Shown here one piece after another: positions 20,500 through 30,843 of a stretch of 64,000 bases of DNA. Below the pieces are notes generated by a model, which did not search any database, was not told the origin of the DNA, and saw only the letters and a list, made by a program, of their open reading frames with translations. The first letter of the stretch is position 1; each line of letters opens with the position of its first letter. Source of the DNA: a virus (lineage: Duplodnaviria > Caudoviricetes); the IMG/VR virus record IMGVR_UViG_3300042396_000691, positions 1 to 64,000 of that record; one strand, written 5' to 3'. The translations under genes were made by a program, and so were the position numbers.

Positions 20500-22074
20500 A
20501 TATTGAAATGGATAGTAAAAAATGAACAAAGAATTAACAAATAGTTGGCAAGGTGGCAATAAAACAGAAATAGATTTAAGCAGATTAAATATTGATGGTT
20601 ATAAAATAGATTACAATAATGCAACTTTTTTAGGCAAACGATACGAAAAAGTTTTTAAACCACTAACAGGACTTTCTTTATATAATGTTCTTACAAATGA
20701 AGAAGTATTAAAATCATCAGAGATTTTAAAAGCACACATTAAAAGAATTAAAGAAAATAAATCAAGTTTAAAAGATTTTGAAATTTGTGACCTTGAAAAT
20801 TTTCAAACAATGTTAGAAATTTATGGCAATAATGGATTTTGCTTATATTCTTGGTACTAATATGTATTACGCATATATTCAATATATTAACAACAATATG
20901 GAAGTTTGCAAAAAATCTATTGGAAAAATAGAAAACTCTGAAGATATATCTACAAAAGTTATTCAAGACATATATATGTTAGAGTATATGTATATGCCAA
21001 TGGCAATTTTAATAGTTGAAGAAGATGGAAAAATAATATTAAAGTATTCAATAAAAAAAATTAATGAAAAATTCTTTCTTGTTTCGAGGTAAAAATGAAC
21101 ATTGATTCCTTCTTAGAAAGACTAAACAAAAAAATAAAAAATAGCATAACATTTAGAAAAACAGACGAAAAGATATTATTGATTTATTATAAAAATGAAG
21201 CATATAAAAGATTTTTAACAAATCAAATTTTACATTTTTGCAATGAAAACAAACTAGAAACATTTGATGTATCTCCATATAAATGTGACATTGTTAATTC
21301 ATGTCATCTATATAAAGAGAGTGATTTTTACCTAAATATGTTTTATGAAATAAAAATGAGTAAAAAAGTAGCTTATAATAACATTGTTGTTTTTAAGGAT
21401 ATTGACTCTTTTATTTCTGACGATAAAACAATTGGTTTGGTAGAATATATAAATGATTTTAAAAAATCAATTAGTGTCAATACAAAGTTTATAGTTGTTA
21501 TGACTAACAAAAGGCAAATAATGAAGCCGTTTTGTAAGATTGACCCAAGTTTTTTGGCTATTGATTTTTATGGTTGTTTGACAGAAGCAGCATTTTTTGA
21601 TGCCCCTAAAAAAACACCAGAAGAATCTTTAAAAGAATTAACTCAAGATGAAAACAAACTAGGAGAAATAAATGAGGATTGATGTTTTGTCAAGAATGAG
21701 TTTTAAATCTGGAACATTAATCTTAATTCAAATTGAAGACTTGAAAAGGTTAATAGATAAAAAAATTAACAAAAAGATAGATGAATATGAAATAATATGT
21801 GATGTGGTAGAAAATGGTGGTGAAATGGTTGGTATGGACCCATATGAAAATGTTTCCATAGGAAAAATGTATACTCTTGATGAAGATGGTGGAAATTCTA
21901 CAATTTTAAGAGTTGGTCCAGTTATAAACAAATCAAGAAGACTTTTAAACACTGGTGAAAAAACAGCACAAGAATATTGCATATATAAAAAAAATAAAGA
22001 AAATATAGACATGAGTGAAATAGGTGATTTTTTCATGAAAGAGTTAGAGAATTATAAAAAGGAGATGCTTTAAA

Positions 22075-22698
22075 GTGAAAACTGATAAAATAACAACTAG
22101 AATTGAAAACGGTAATAGTTTAGCAGATAAAGTTGCTAAATATTTAAATTTTAGATTTAAGTATGAATTTGAAAAAGCCTCTATTGAAGAAGACAAAAAG
22201 TTAATGATTGATTATAAGTGTAAAAAAAGCAATAAAACTGCACAAATGAAATGTCGTGAAAATAAATCTGATATTATTTATGAGGCAAAAAGATTTTATT
22301 CTAACAATGCTTCATCATACGAAGAAGCAAACGGCAGAGATGTTCGAACTGAGGCAACATTATACATATGTCTTTCAGCAGATAAGAGACAAATAATAGT
22401 TGCGGAAACAGAAGCAATCAAAAAAATAGTCCAAAAAGAAATACAGAAATTAGAAATAACATTAAATCAAGTAAAAGAATATGAGCAGGAGTGTGCATTT
22501 ACTAGGAACAAAACAAAAAAATTGGCTTCAAACAAATCTAGGATTGAAGTGTGGTTTAAAATTGATGAAGGAATAGACTCAAGACATTATAGTAAATTGC
22601 TTGTTTTTATACCTTACTCTGCTATATTTGAATCTGTAGTGATTGATTTAAGAAACAATGAAAATATTGAAGATGAGAGGACTTGGAAAAATGGATGA
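22075..22698 (+). CDS. Putative PD-(D/E)XK-type nuclease
   Basis: ASIEEDKKLMIDY...AQMKCR pattern (ID...QxK). Confidence 0.4.
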   Translation: MKTDKITTRIENGNSLADKVAKYLNFRFKYEFEKASIEEDKKLMIDYKCKKSNKTAQMKCRENKSDIIYEAKRFYSNNASSYEEANGRDVRTEATLYICLSADKRQIIVAETEAIKKIVQKEIQKLEITLNQVKEYEQECAFTRNKTKKLASNKSRIEVWFKIDEGIDSRHYSKLLVFIPYSAIFESVVIDLRNNENIEDERTWKNG

Positions 22699-23287
22699 TG
22701 AAATTATGTTTAATCAGAGAGTACCCAGTTTGCTTGTTGTTGACAACTTTTACAAAGATCCAGATTGGATAGTTGAAAAAACAAAAGATTTTGATTTTAA
22801 AGAAGAAAACAAATTCTACAAAGGAAAAAGAACAACAGGTTGTTTGTTTCCTTATGTAAAAGAAGAATTTGAAAAGTTATTGCAAGTACAAATAGTAGAT
22901 TGGTTAAATCAACCAATGAATGGTGTTTTTCAAATAACATCTGGAAATGACCCATTGGTATGGCATAGTGATTCACAAGATTATGCAGCAGCAGTATACT
23001 TAACCAAAGATGGTCCAACAAATGCTGGCACATCATTTTGGAAAGATAAAAAATATGGATGCAGAAGACCACCAAGCCATCCGTTAGAAAATAAACAAGG
23101 AATAAATGATTTAGACATATACACACAATACAACTTATTAAATGAAGACAATTGGGAATTAGTGGACAGGGTTGGATCTGTATACAATAGACTGGTTCTT
23201 TGGGATGGAAAAATGATTCATTCAGCCACAATGTACGGTGAGTTTTCTAGGTTGGTTCAACTGTTCTTTTTTAATGTGAGAAAATAA
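22691..23287 (+). CDS. 2OG-Fe(II) oxygenase (DUF6445-like)
   Basis: VVDNFYKDPD, HxD (WHSD), AAVYL, GTSFW, YNRLVLW, HSA, RLVQLFFF. Confidence 0.85.
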   Translation: MDDEIMFNQRVPSLLVVDNFYKDPDWIVEKTKDFDFKEENKFYKGKRTTGCLFPYVKEEFEKLLQVQIVDWLNQPMNGVFQITSGNDPLVWHSDSQDYAAAVYLTKDGPTNAGTSFWKDKKYGCRRPPSHPLENKQGINDLDIYTQYNLLNEDNWELVDRVGSVYNRLVLWDGKMIHSATMYGEFSRLVQLFFFNVRK

Positions 23288-24543
23288 TGCCATACTTTTC
23301 TATAGTTACACCAACACACAATACACAGTTTCTTGCTAGACTTTCTCGCTCTATAGCAAGGCAAACATTTAAAGATTTTGAATGGGTGATTGTTCCAAAT
23401 GGAAACGCCAACATTGATATTGAATCTTTGGCTTTTAAACCAAGGGTTGTAGAATCAAAAAACCCTAATTCAAAATTAATTGGACTCTTTAAAAAAGAAG
23501 GGTGCATGGCATCAAATGGAAGTGTAGTAGTTGAAGTTGATCATGATGATGAATTAACAGAAGATTGCTTGCAGGAATTATATAACACATTTAATCTTGA
23601 ATCAGATGAACCAATTGATTTTGCATATTCGAATTGTGCAGAAATAGACCCTGATGGGAAACCATTTGTTTATTCTGATTATTATGGTTGGAGAAATAGA
23701 CCTTTTAAGTATCACGGAAAAGATCTTCTAGAATTAATATCTTTTGATTCAACTCCAGCATCATTTTCTAAAATTTGGTTTGCCCCAAATCATGTTCGTG
23801 CTTGGAAAAAATCGTTTTATGAAAAGATTGGTGGTCATGATGAAACGATGGAGGTTTTAGATGATCACGATATTCTTTGTAAAACATACATACAAGGAAA
23901 TGTTAAACATATAGATAAGTGCTTGTATATTTACTATAAGCACAAGAACAATACCTGTTACGGTGAAAAGAATGCTTTCATTCAAGAAGAAACATTAAAT
24001 ATTCATGATAGGTATATCTATTCATTAGCTGAGAAATGGTGTGATCTTAATGGTTTGCTTAAGATAGACCTTTGTGGTGGTTTTAATCCTCCAAAGGGGT
24101 ACAAGTCGGTAGACATGCAGAACGCAGAAATTATACACGATTTAAACGATCCTTGGCCTTTTAAAGATGGCGAAGTGGGATTGATAAGGGCACATGATGC
24201 ACTTGAGCATTTAAAAGATCCAATTCATGTGATGAAAGAAGCTTATAGATGCCTATGTCCAATGGGTTGGTTTTTAACACAAACTCCATCTACAGATGGC
24301 AGAGGTGCTTTTCAAGATCCAACACATATATCATTTTGGAATAGCAACAGCTTTTGGTACTACACAAAAAGAGATCAGGCAAAATATATTGGAACACCAG
24401 TAAGGTTTCAAGCAAATAGAATTAAAAACTTTTATCCAAGCGAGTGGCATAAGACACACAATATTCTTTATGTAAAAGCCGATATGTTAAAAGTTCCAGA
24501 TGAAATATTAAAAATGAGAGTACCAGGAGAGGTTTCAATATGA
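23287..24543 (+). CDS. GT2 glycosyltransferase fused to a SAM-dependent methyltransferase domain
   Basis: N-terminal SIVTPTHN...EVDHDD (DxD), C-terminal IDLCGG...DLNDPWPF...ALEHL...QDPTH. Confidence 0.88.
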   Translation: MPYFSIVTPTHNTQFLARLSRSIARQTFKDFEWVIVPNGNANIDIESLAFKPRVVESKNPNSKLIGLFKKEGCMASNGSVVVEVDHDDELTEDCLQELYNTFNLESDEPIDFAYSNCAEIDPDGKPFVYSDYYGWRNRPFKYHGKDLLELISFDSTPASFSKIWFAPNHVRAWKKSFYEKIGGHDETMEVLDDHDILCKTYIQGNVKHIDKCLYIYYKHKNNTCYGEKNAFIQEETLNIHDRYIYSLAEKWCDLNGLLKIDLCGGFNPPKGYKSVDMQNAEIIHDLNDPWPFKDGEVGLIRAHDALEHLKDPIHVMKEAYRCLCPMGWFLTQTPSTDGRGAFQDPTHISFWNSNSFWYYTKRDQAKYIGTPVRFQANRIKNFYPSEWHKTHNILYVKADMLKVPDEILKMRVPGEVSI

Positions 24544-24905
24544 TACATAATTCATTTATTGGCACTGGTGAATTAATTGATAAAATAACAATTTTAAAAA
24601 TAAAATGCTCAGTAATAAATAATGAAAATAATATTAATCAATTAGAAAGTCTTTTAACTATTTATAATCAAATGCCAGAAAATTTAAGGATTAAGATTAT
24701 TGAATTTGAAGAAGAGCTTTTTTATATAAATAAAGTAATATGGAAATATGAGAATATTGTAAGATCAAAAGTTAACGATGAAGAAATTTTAAAAGCTGCA
24801 AAATCTATATTTGAGTACAACGACAAAAGAAACAAATTAAAAAAGTTAATAGACGAAGAAACAATAAGCGGTTTCTTTGATGAAAAAATGCATGAAATAA
24901 ATTAA
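24540..24905 (+). CDS. DUF6165-like protein
   Basis: GELIDKITILKIK...N..IW..E...R...NDKR..LK. Confidence 0.7.
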   Translation: MIHNSFIGTGELIDKITILKIKCSVINNENNINQLESLLTIYNQMPENLRIKIIEFEEELFYINKVIWKYENIVRSKVNDEEILKAAKSIFEYNDKRNKLKKLIDEETISGFFDEKMHEIN

Positions 24906-25678
24906 TTTTTCCATTTTTCTTCAAGACTATTGTAAATTTTTTCTCTAAAATCAAAGTGTTTTTCTATAGAATTACATGCAGCCAAATGAAATCCAAAAGA
25001 GTCATCTTTTGTTTTTGACCAATGTTGTTCAACTGAAAACTTACAAGCCGTATCAATATCTGCATATTTGAAACCAAGATCTATCATTCTCTTATATATT
25101 GTACAGCACAAGAAAACATCTTCAGCATGATCACAATATAGGTCGCCAATAATTTTTGATGCTTGATCCATAAATGCTTTTGATCTTAAAGAAAATCCAC
25201 CGTTGCCAACATGGTTTATGCCATTTGGAGAATGAGGCCAAGTAGCACCAATGTAATCGTATTTTAAAAAATCATCTGTCCATTTTTCTGTTTTATAAAT
25301 TAAACCATCGTGTTGAACAATTAATGCAAATTTTGTTTCTATGTATTTTGGAAATTCTTTAATCATAAAATTATCGTATTCTCTAGCAGACGATATTTTA
25401 TTTATGTTTACATATTCAATATCATATTCTTTTAACTTATAATGTTTTATGTCTGAAAAATAAATTGCTTTATTAAAAATAATTCCACAATTTGAAAAAC
25501 AATGAATTATTGATTTTGCAGCATTGTTATAGTTCTTGCAATCGACTATACAAATTGTTATATCGTTTAAATTAATCAAAATACTCCAATCAATTAAATA
25601 ATTTGACAGATGTACGAATATTAATATATTACATATTCTAAAGGAGTTAAACAACATGAAAGTTATAATAAAAGACAT
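24902..25678 (-). CDS. DUF5672-family glycosyltransferase-like protein (true start probably about 25577)
   Basis: LIVQHDG, DFLKYDYIGATWP, VGNGGFSLRS, AEDVF, FSVE, FGFH. Confidence 0.8.
   Translation of the reverse strand: MSFIITFMLFNSFRICNILIFVHLSNYLIDWSILINLNDITICIVDCKNYNNAAKSIIHCFSNCGIIFNKAIYFSDIKHYKLKEYDIEYVNINKISSAREYDNFMIKEFPKYIETKFALIVQHDGLIYKTEKWTDDFLKYDYIGATWPHSPNGINHVGNGGFSLRSKAFMDQASKIIGDLYCDHAEDVFLCCTIYKRMIDLGFKYADIDTACKFSVEQHWSKTKDDSFGFHLAACNSIEKHFDFREKIYNSLEEKWKN
25595..25620 (+). promoter_or_regulatory. Repeated promoter motif copy 12 (N16)
   Basis: TAAA 25595-25598, N16, CGAATA 25615-25620, upstream of ORF 25656. Confidence 0.65.
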
Positions 25679-25873
25679 TGGTGGAAATTATTTTTGCAGA
25701 GAACCAGAAGTTGGATTAACAAATGTTAAAAAAAATGCCTATGTTTTTGATTGTTATAATGAAGAACATTCAAAATTAATATTAGAAAAAACAAAAATGT
25801 TTATATCTAATACTGATTTAACATTAGAATTTGTTGAAAAAACAGAAATAAACTTAAGTTTTTAAAGGAAAAA

Positions 25874-26344
25874 ATGAACATATTTGTATTAGATAAAAAC
25901 CCAAAACAAGCTGCTGAGTGGCATATGGACAAACACATAGTTAAAATGCCTTTGGAAACAGCACAAATTTTATGCACCATTCTTAATGGTCATGGCGTTA
26001 TGACACCTTATAAATCAACTCATGTTAATCATCCTTGCACACTTTGGGCAGGAAAAAGTATGGGAAATTTTATTTGGTTGTGCGAACTAGGGATACATCT
26101 TTGTGATGAGTATTCTTACAGATATGAAAAAGAACATAAGTGTAAAAGAATTATAGAAGAATGTTTGACATTCGCATGTAAAATACCAAATATTGAGATG
26201 ACAGAATTTGTTCAAGCTATGCCAGAAGAAATAAAGTCAAAAGATCCAATAGAGTCATATAAAATGTATTATATAAAATTTAAATCCCATATAGCAAAAT
26301 GGAAAAAAAGAGAGATCCCAAATTGGTACAATGTGATATTATGA
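25874..26344 (+). CDS. Pyrimidine dimer DNA glycosylase/endonuclease V-like protein
   Basis: MNIFVLD...DKHIVKMPLETAQIL...HVNHPCTLW...EYSYRY...QAMP...YKMYY. Confidence 0.8.
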   Translation: MNIFVLDKNPKQAAEWHMDKHIVKMPLETAQILCTILNGHGVMTPYKSTHVNHPCTLWAGKSMGNFIWLCELGIHLCDEYSYRYEKEHKCKRIIEECLTFACKIPNIEMTEFVQAMPEEIKSKDPIESYKMYYIKFKSHIAKWKKREIPNWYNVIL

Positions 26345-26525
26345 AAATTAAAAAAAATAGGCAAAAAAAAGCCAGACGAATAATGATATTGGCATCTATT
26401 AGAATGTCAAAAAGCATTGGAGTAAAGTTCAATAGAGTTTGTATGGAAGAAATAAGAGATGTTTATATGGATATGTTTGGAGTGGATAGTTTAATCAAAC
26501 GATTTGATATAGCAAGCATTGTTGC

Positions 26526-27089
26526 CTAATTGTTTTTTTTTCTTTTGTCTACAATAAATAATATATCATCAGCCCTATTTTTTATATCTCTAAGATCATG
26601 AACATAAATGTTATCAATTAAATCTTCATGAACATGTTCTATTAATGTGTCAATCCAAGAAATTTCTTGAACATCTTCTATTATAATAATTCCATTTTCA
26701 TTTAATTTACTTTGATAACCATCTAAAAATGAAGTCATGCTTTTTAAGGTATGAGGACCATCATCAATAATTAAATCAAAAATATTTTCTGGAATAGAGC
26801 TTATAAATTTTTCATCATAAGCATCTCTATGCAATATTTTCAATCTTTCTTTTTCTTTAAAAATATTATTTTTATTATTTATATCTATTCCATAAATTGT
26901 AGCATTCGAAAAATAATCTTTCCACAATAATATACTTCCACCATGATCAATACCTATCTCTAAAATATTTTTAGCAGACTCTTGTATTTCATGAAATAGT
27001 TTAGAGTAAATTTCATCAATATAAGAATGAACCGTGTTTTTATCGGTGTAAAAATGTTTTGAACTATAAATTTCAGATAATGTTTTCAT
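26526..27089 (-). CDS. Class I SAM-dependent methyltransferase (sugar O-methyltransferase-like)
   Basis: TDK..HSY, ILEIGIDHGGS, GIDI, IIDDGPH, IIIEDV. Confidence 0.88.
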   Translation of the reverse strand: MKTLSEIYSSKHFYTDKNTVHSYIDEIYSKLFHEIQESAKNILEIGIDHGGSILLWKDYFSNATIYGIDINNKNNIFKEKERLKILHRDAYDEKFISSIPENIFDLIIDDGPHTLKSMTSFLDGYQSKLNENGIIIIEDVQEISWIDTLIEHVHEDLIDNIYVHDLRDIKNRADDILFIVDKRKKNN

Positions 27090-27094
27090 TGTTG

Positions 27095-27487
27095 TTACCT
27101 TTTTGGCGACTTGGTTTTAATTCCAACTTTATTGTATTCGCTACGCATTTTTGGATTATCATCTATGGCGAAAAGAACTTTTTCTTTAATGCTTTCAGCA
27201 TGTTTTTTCTTAGATTCATTTTGATCTTTTGGATTACCACCAATGTTATTCATCATTAATCGATTGTATTTAACTCCAGCTTTTTTAAGTGCTTCTACTG
27301 TGTCTTTCCTATCTTTTTCTGGTCTGCCTGTTATTATATAGATTTTATTTTGTTTTGATAACTCATTAACATAATCGACCATTTTTTTAATTGGATATAT
27401 ACCATTACGCAAAATAGTGTTGTCAATATCGACAATTACTACATTTGCATTAGATAAGTACAGTTGTATGTCTTCTATTATGCCCAT
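27095..27487 (-). CDS. HAD-superfamily phosphatase (PNK 3'-phosphatase-like)
   Basis: DIDNT, ITGRPE, conserved K, IDDN. Confidence 0.85.
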   Translation of the reverse strand: MGIIEDIQLYLSNANVVIVDIDNTILRNGIYPIKKMVDYVNELSKQNKIYIITGRPEKDRKDTVEALKKAGVKYNRLMMNNIGGNPKDQNESKKKHAESIKEKVLFAIDDNPKMRSEYNKVGIKTKSPKR

Positions 27488-27578
27488 ATTAATTTATTGT
27501 AAACATGTTTGTAAAATTTGAATTTTTCATTTATACATTTCCTTAATATTTATATACACCAAAAAAACAATTGTAATT

Positions 27579-28157
27579 TTAATTGTGTCTACCTATTATC
27601 TTATCAAAAAACCCAATTTTTAAATTATTTTTTAAACAATATTTTTCTACATCTTTTATAAAATAAGAATCTGCCATATATGATGAACTCCATTTTATTT
27701 TTTTTGCTATTTCTGTTTTAACCATAGCATTTAATGTATCTATATTACCAATATTGATTTCGTTTTTTTGAGGAACAATTTTAAAAATATTGTGAGATAT
27801 TTTAAATATTAACATGCCGTAGTCTCTGTTATAAATTTCATCATGTGAAAATGAAAAATAGTCTTCTTCAATAACATTGTCATCGTCTAACCATATTGTG
27901 TAATCTCCAGTGCATTTTAAAATCATTGCATTTCTTTGAACATTTCCATAATTTTGATTTTTTGGTTTTTCTGTAAAATTGTAAGTAAAACGACTATCGT
28001 TCATATTTAACACACAACATTGATCATCCTGACTATATCCATCAGAACAAACAAAAACTTCATAGTTATCATAATCTTGATTTATAACACTGGTCATTGC
28101 ACGATTAAGCAAAGCAACTCTTTTGTATGTTGGAATTATTACTGAAAACTTTATCAT
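27579..28157 (-). CDS. GT2 glycosyltransferase
   Basis: FSVIIPTYKR, SDG, RN, WLDDDN. Confidence 0.88.
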   Translation of the reverse strand: MIKFSVIIPTYKRVALLNRAMTSVINQDYDNYEVFVCSDGYSQDDQCCVLNMNDSRFTYNFTEKPKNQNYGNVQRNAMILKCTGDYTIWLDDDNVIEEDYFSFSHDEIYNRDYGMLIFKISHNIFKIVPQKNEINIGNIDTLNAMVKTEIAKKIKWSSSYMADSYFIKDVEKYCLKNNLKIGFFDKIIGRHN

Positions 28158-28163
28158 TTTTAA

Positions 28164-28799
28164 TTAAGTTCTCTCTAAATAGTTTTTAAAAATTGGAAGC
28201 TTATTGTTGTTTACAATTTCATTTTTATAGCCTTCTTTTGTTAAAATTATTCCAAAAATTCTTTCAAAAGCACAAGAATCTATTTTATTTTGTGGTAACA
28301 AATTTTCTATTCCGTTTTTATAAATAATATTTAAAACTGTTTTTTTTGCAAACAATATAGATCCAACAATTGTTATAAATTCTTCTGGTATTTTAAACCA
28401 TTTTGTTTGATTTAAATATTTTATTGTTGATTCAACATGAATATCTTCGCATCCAATCCAATCATAAACATAATCATAAACATATACATTGCCATCTAAT
28501 TTTTTTATGTTTTCTTTTAATTCGCAAGAATCATGAATAAGTAAAAATCTTTTGTAATCAAAATTTTTATACGCATATAACAATGCACCAGCTTCATAAT
28601 TTTTATTTTTAATATCTGCCACAATTATTTTTTCAGAAGAAATATTAAAATGATATTTTATTTTGCTATCAGAATCAACAATTAAAATTTTGTCATCATT
28701 CTCCATAAGGTCAGATATGCTTTTTACACATTTTTTTAAATGATCTAAATGATTCAATGTAATTATTTTGCATGGTATTACATAAAGTATATCATTCAT
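28164..28799 (-). CDS. GT-A fold glycosyltransferase-like protein
   Basis: VIPC, ILIVDSDS, YEAGA, LIHDS, FER. Confidence 0.6.
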   Translation of the reverse strand: MNDILYVIPCKIITLNHLDHLKKCVKSISDLMENDDKILIVDSDSKIKYHFNISSEKIIVADIKNKNYEAGALLYAYKNFDYKRFLLIHDSCELKENIKKLDGNVYVYDYVYDWIGCEDIHVESTIKYLNQTKWFKIPEEFITIVGSILFAKKTVLNIIYKNGIENLLPQNKIDSCAFERIFGIILTKEGYKNEIVNNNKLPIFKNYLERT

Positions 28800-29220
28800 T
28801 TATTAACCTTTTTTTAATTTCAGTTGTTGATATTGTTTTTGTGTATGGAACATACATCATATATATGTTGTTATAATCTAACCAATCTTGTGTAAAACCC
28901 ATTTGTTTATAATAGTCTTTTTTTGCCCAATCAGAACCAACTATAATGATGTTTGGATTAACTTGAAGTATTGCAATTTTTGAATCTTCATTTCCAATAT
29001 TTGGTATTACAAAATCAACATATTTGCAAGAAAGTAAAACGCTTTTTCTTTCTTCATATGAACAAGTTGGACTTATTCCTTTATATGATTTGATAAATGA
29101 GTCTGTGTTTAGTGAAACAAAAACTAAACCATTATTTCCAGATATTTCTTTACATATTTTCAAAAAATTTGCATGGCCAGAATGGAATAAATCAAAAGTT
29201 CCACCAGTATATATTTTCAT
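28792..29220 (-). CDS. Cytidylyltransferase (TagD/RfaE-like)
   Basis: TGGTFDLFHSGH (HxGH), ERKSVL..CKYVD, GSDW, ISTT. Confidence 0.92.
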   Translation of the reverse strand: MKIYTGGTFDLFHSGHANFLKICKEISGNNGLVFVSLNTDSFIKSYKGISPTCSYEERKSVLLSCKYVDFVIPNIGNEDSKIAILQVNPNIIIVGSDWAKKDYYKQMGFTQDWLDYNNIYMMYVPYTKTISTTEIKKRLINE

Positions 29221-29567
29221 GGTTTTACTTCTTGTTTAAATATAGTTTACTATTATAATAAACACCTTATTTAAAATAAAGTCTTTAATTATTGGAGTTT
29301 TATGAAATACCTTTATGAAATATGGATAAGGGTAGAAGGAAAAAATAAAAAAAATAAAGCTTCTATAGATAAAAATGGAAGTTTTTGTATTGCACTATGT
29401 GCTTCATCAAATAAAGAGGCAATTCTTATTTTGCAAGAGGTATTTTTAAGTTGTGATAAAAGACCAATAGGAAATAAAAAGAAAATAAAACACTTTAGGT
29501 TGAAAGACGGTTGCTCTAAGTATATATTTCTTCTATGTAAGGAAAATGTCGAAAGTTATAAAAGAGA

Positions 29568-29876
29568 ATGTGATTAAAAGCAACTGCGTTAACAATTCAA
29601 GCATACGGTTCTTCCGCAGTTTTTATACCGAAATGAATCACATCACCAGGGGATAACCCCAAGGATTGCCAGAGAGTAGCCAAACTCTCAACAGGGTGGC
29701 ACGAAATAGTTTAGAAAGATTATTATACTAGAATTTGAGTGACCACTTCTCATACTAGACCTGATACTTTACAAGTACCTTCTTTCTAATGTCCTGTTTG
29801 GTCAAAATTTTATAACAAACTGCTTGTTCTAGGAACTTGCTGGTAGTAGTACTATCAGGGAGAAGAAGTGGCTTAT
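29568..29876. ncRNA. Putative structured non-coding RNA(s), family unassigned
   Basis: ORF-free ~300-nt gap, visibly less AT-rich than its flanks, with multiple nested stems (see findings). Confidence 0.55.
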
Positions 29877-30187
29877 TGCCTATAAGTAATCTGCTGTTAT
29901 ATCGGAAAAAAACCAAACAACAGTTTTTTCAATAAATCCTTTAGAATTAAAATCATTTACATTTTTACCAATAATTGATAGCAATGAAATAAATTCAGAT
30001 TCTGATATAATACCATTTAAATAAGATTTTCTTGTTATTTTTAACAGTAAATCAAAAGTTTCATTTGAACAAATGTCGTTTTTTGATATAGAATTAAGTA
30101 TTGTTATTGAGTTTGAAAGTTTTTTTGTTAACTTTTTACAAGCATAGTCTATTCTATTTTTCAAAATTATTTTCCTTGAGGTTTATA

Positions 30188-30691
30188 ATGGCTAAAAAGA
30201 AAAAACAAATTTCAAGTGAAATAAAACTTCTTTTAAAAAAGAACCTAAGATCTATAGTAGAAATAGAAAAGAAAAATTGCACTATAGAAGATCCAGATTT
30301 TGGAGAAATGGTTTCAAAAAAAGCTTGGAATTCATCTGATTTTGTTGATTTTGTTAAAAAAAAGAACACATACACTTACACAATAAGTGAAGGTTTAATA
30401 ATTGTTGGATTTTTACTTTTTGAAGTTAAAGAAAACGAATTGTTAATTGAAAGAATATGTATAGACAAAGATTTTAGAAGATCAGGTTTTGGTAAAGATT
30501 TTTTAGATTTTATATATAACAAAAAATACAGAAATAAAATTGTTTTTTATTGTAAAGAAGATGATGTTAATACAATTAAATTTTTTAAGAAAAATGACTT
30601 TACAGCCAATTTAGAAAAAAATTACTTTGGAATAGATGATGATGCGATTAAGTTTACGAAGGAGGTTTTTTATGAAGAAAACAAAAAATAA
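30188..30691 (+). CDS. GNAT (RimI-like) acetyltransferase
   Basis: IVGFLLF...IERICIDKDFRRSGFG...FFKKNDF...KNYF....DDA, RBS GAGG before ATG 30188. Confidence 0.8.
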   Translation: MAKKKKQISSEIKLLLKKNLRSIVEIEKKNCTIEDPDFGEMVSKKAWNSSDFVDFVKKKNTYTYTISEGLIIVGFLLFEVKENELLIERICIDKDFRRSGFGKDFLDFIYNKKYRNKIVFYCKEDDVNTIKFFKKNDFTANLEKNYFGIDDDAIKFTKEVFYEENKK

Positions 30692-30843
30692 AATACTTGT
30701 GAATTGTTTAGGTTGGTGCAATAAACAATTTCTAAGTTGTGATCCAGCAACAAATAGAATCTGTAAAAAGTGCAAAGAAAAAATGGATAATAAAAAAAAT
30801 GAAATGGGTAAAAATTACTTTTACGAAAAAAAAATAGAGATAA

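Noticed and set aside
21095-21682. Possible AAA+ ATPase (Walker B-like VVFKDID)
   Set aside because: No Walker A motif, so it is left as hypothetical.
29578-29630. Minus-strand TATAAAAACT-GCG GAA GAA CCG TAT GCT TGA resembles a tmRNA resume site and tag (AEEPYA*)
   Set aside because: No tRNA-like domain (acceptor stem, T-loop, CCA) found nearby on either strand, the resume codon would be buried in a stem, and there is no LAA ending.
29861-29876. AGAAGTGGCTTAT resembles the 3' conserved region of RNase P RNA
   Set aside because: No upstream GAGGAAAGTCC partner motif is present.
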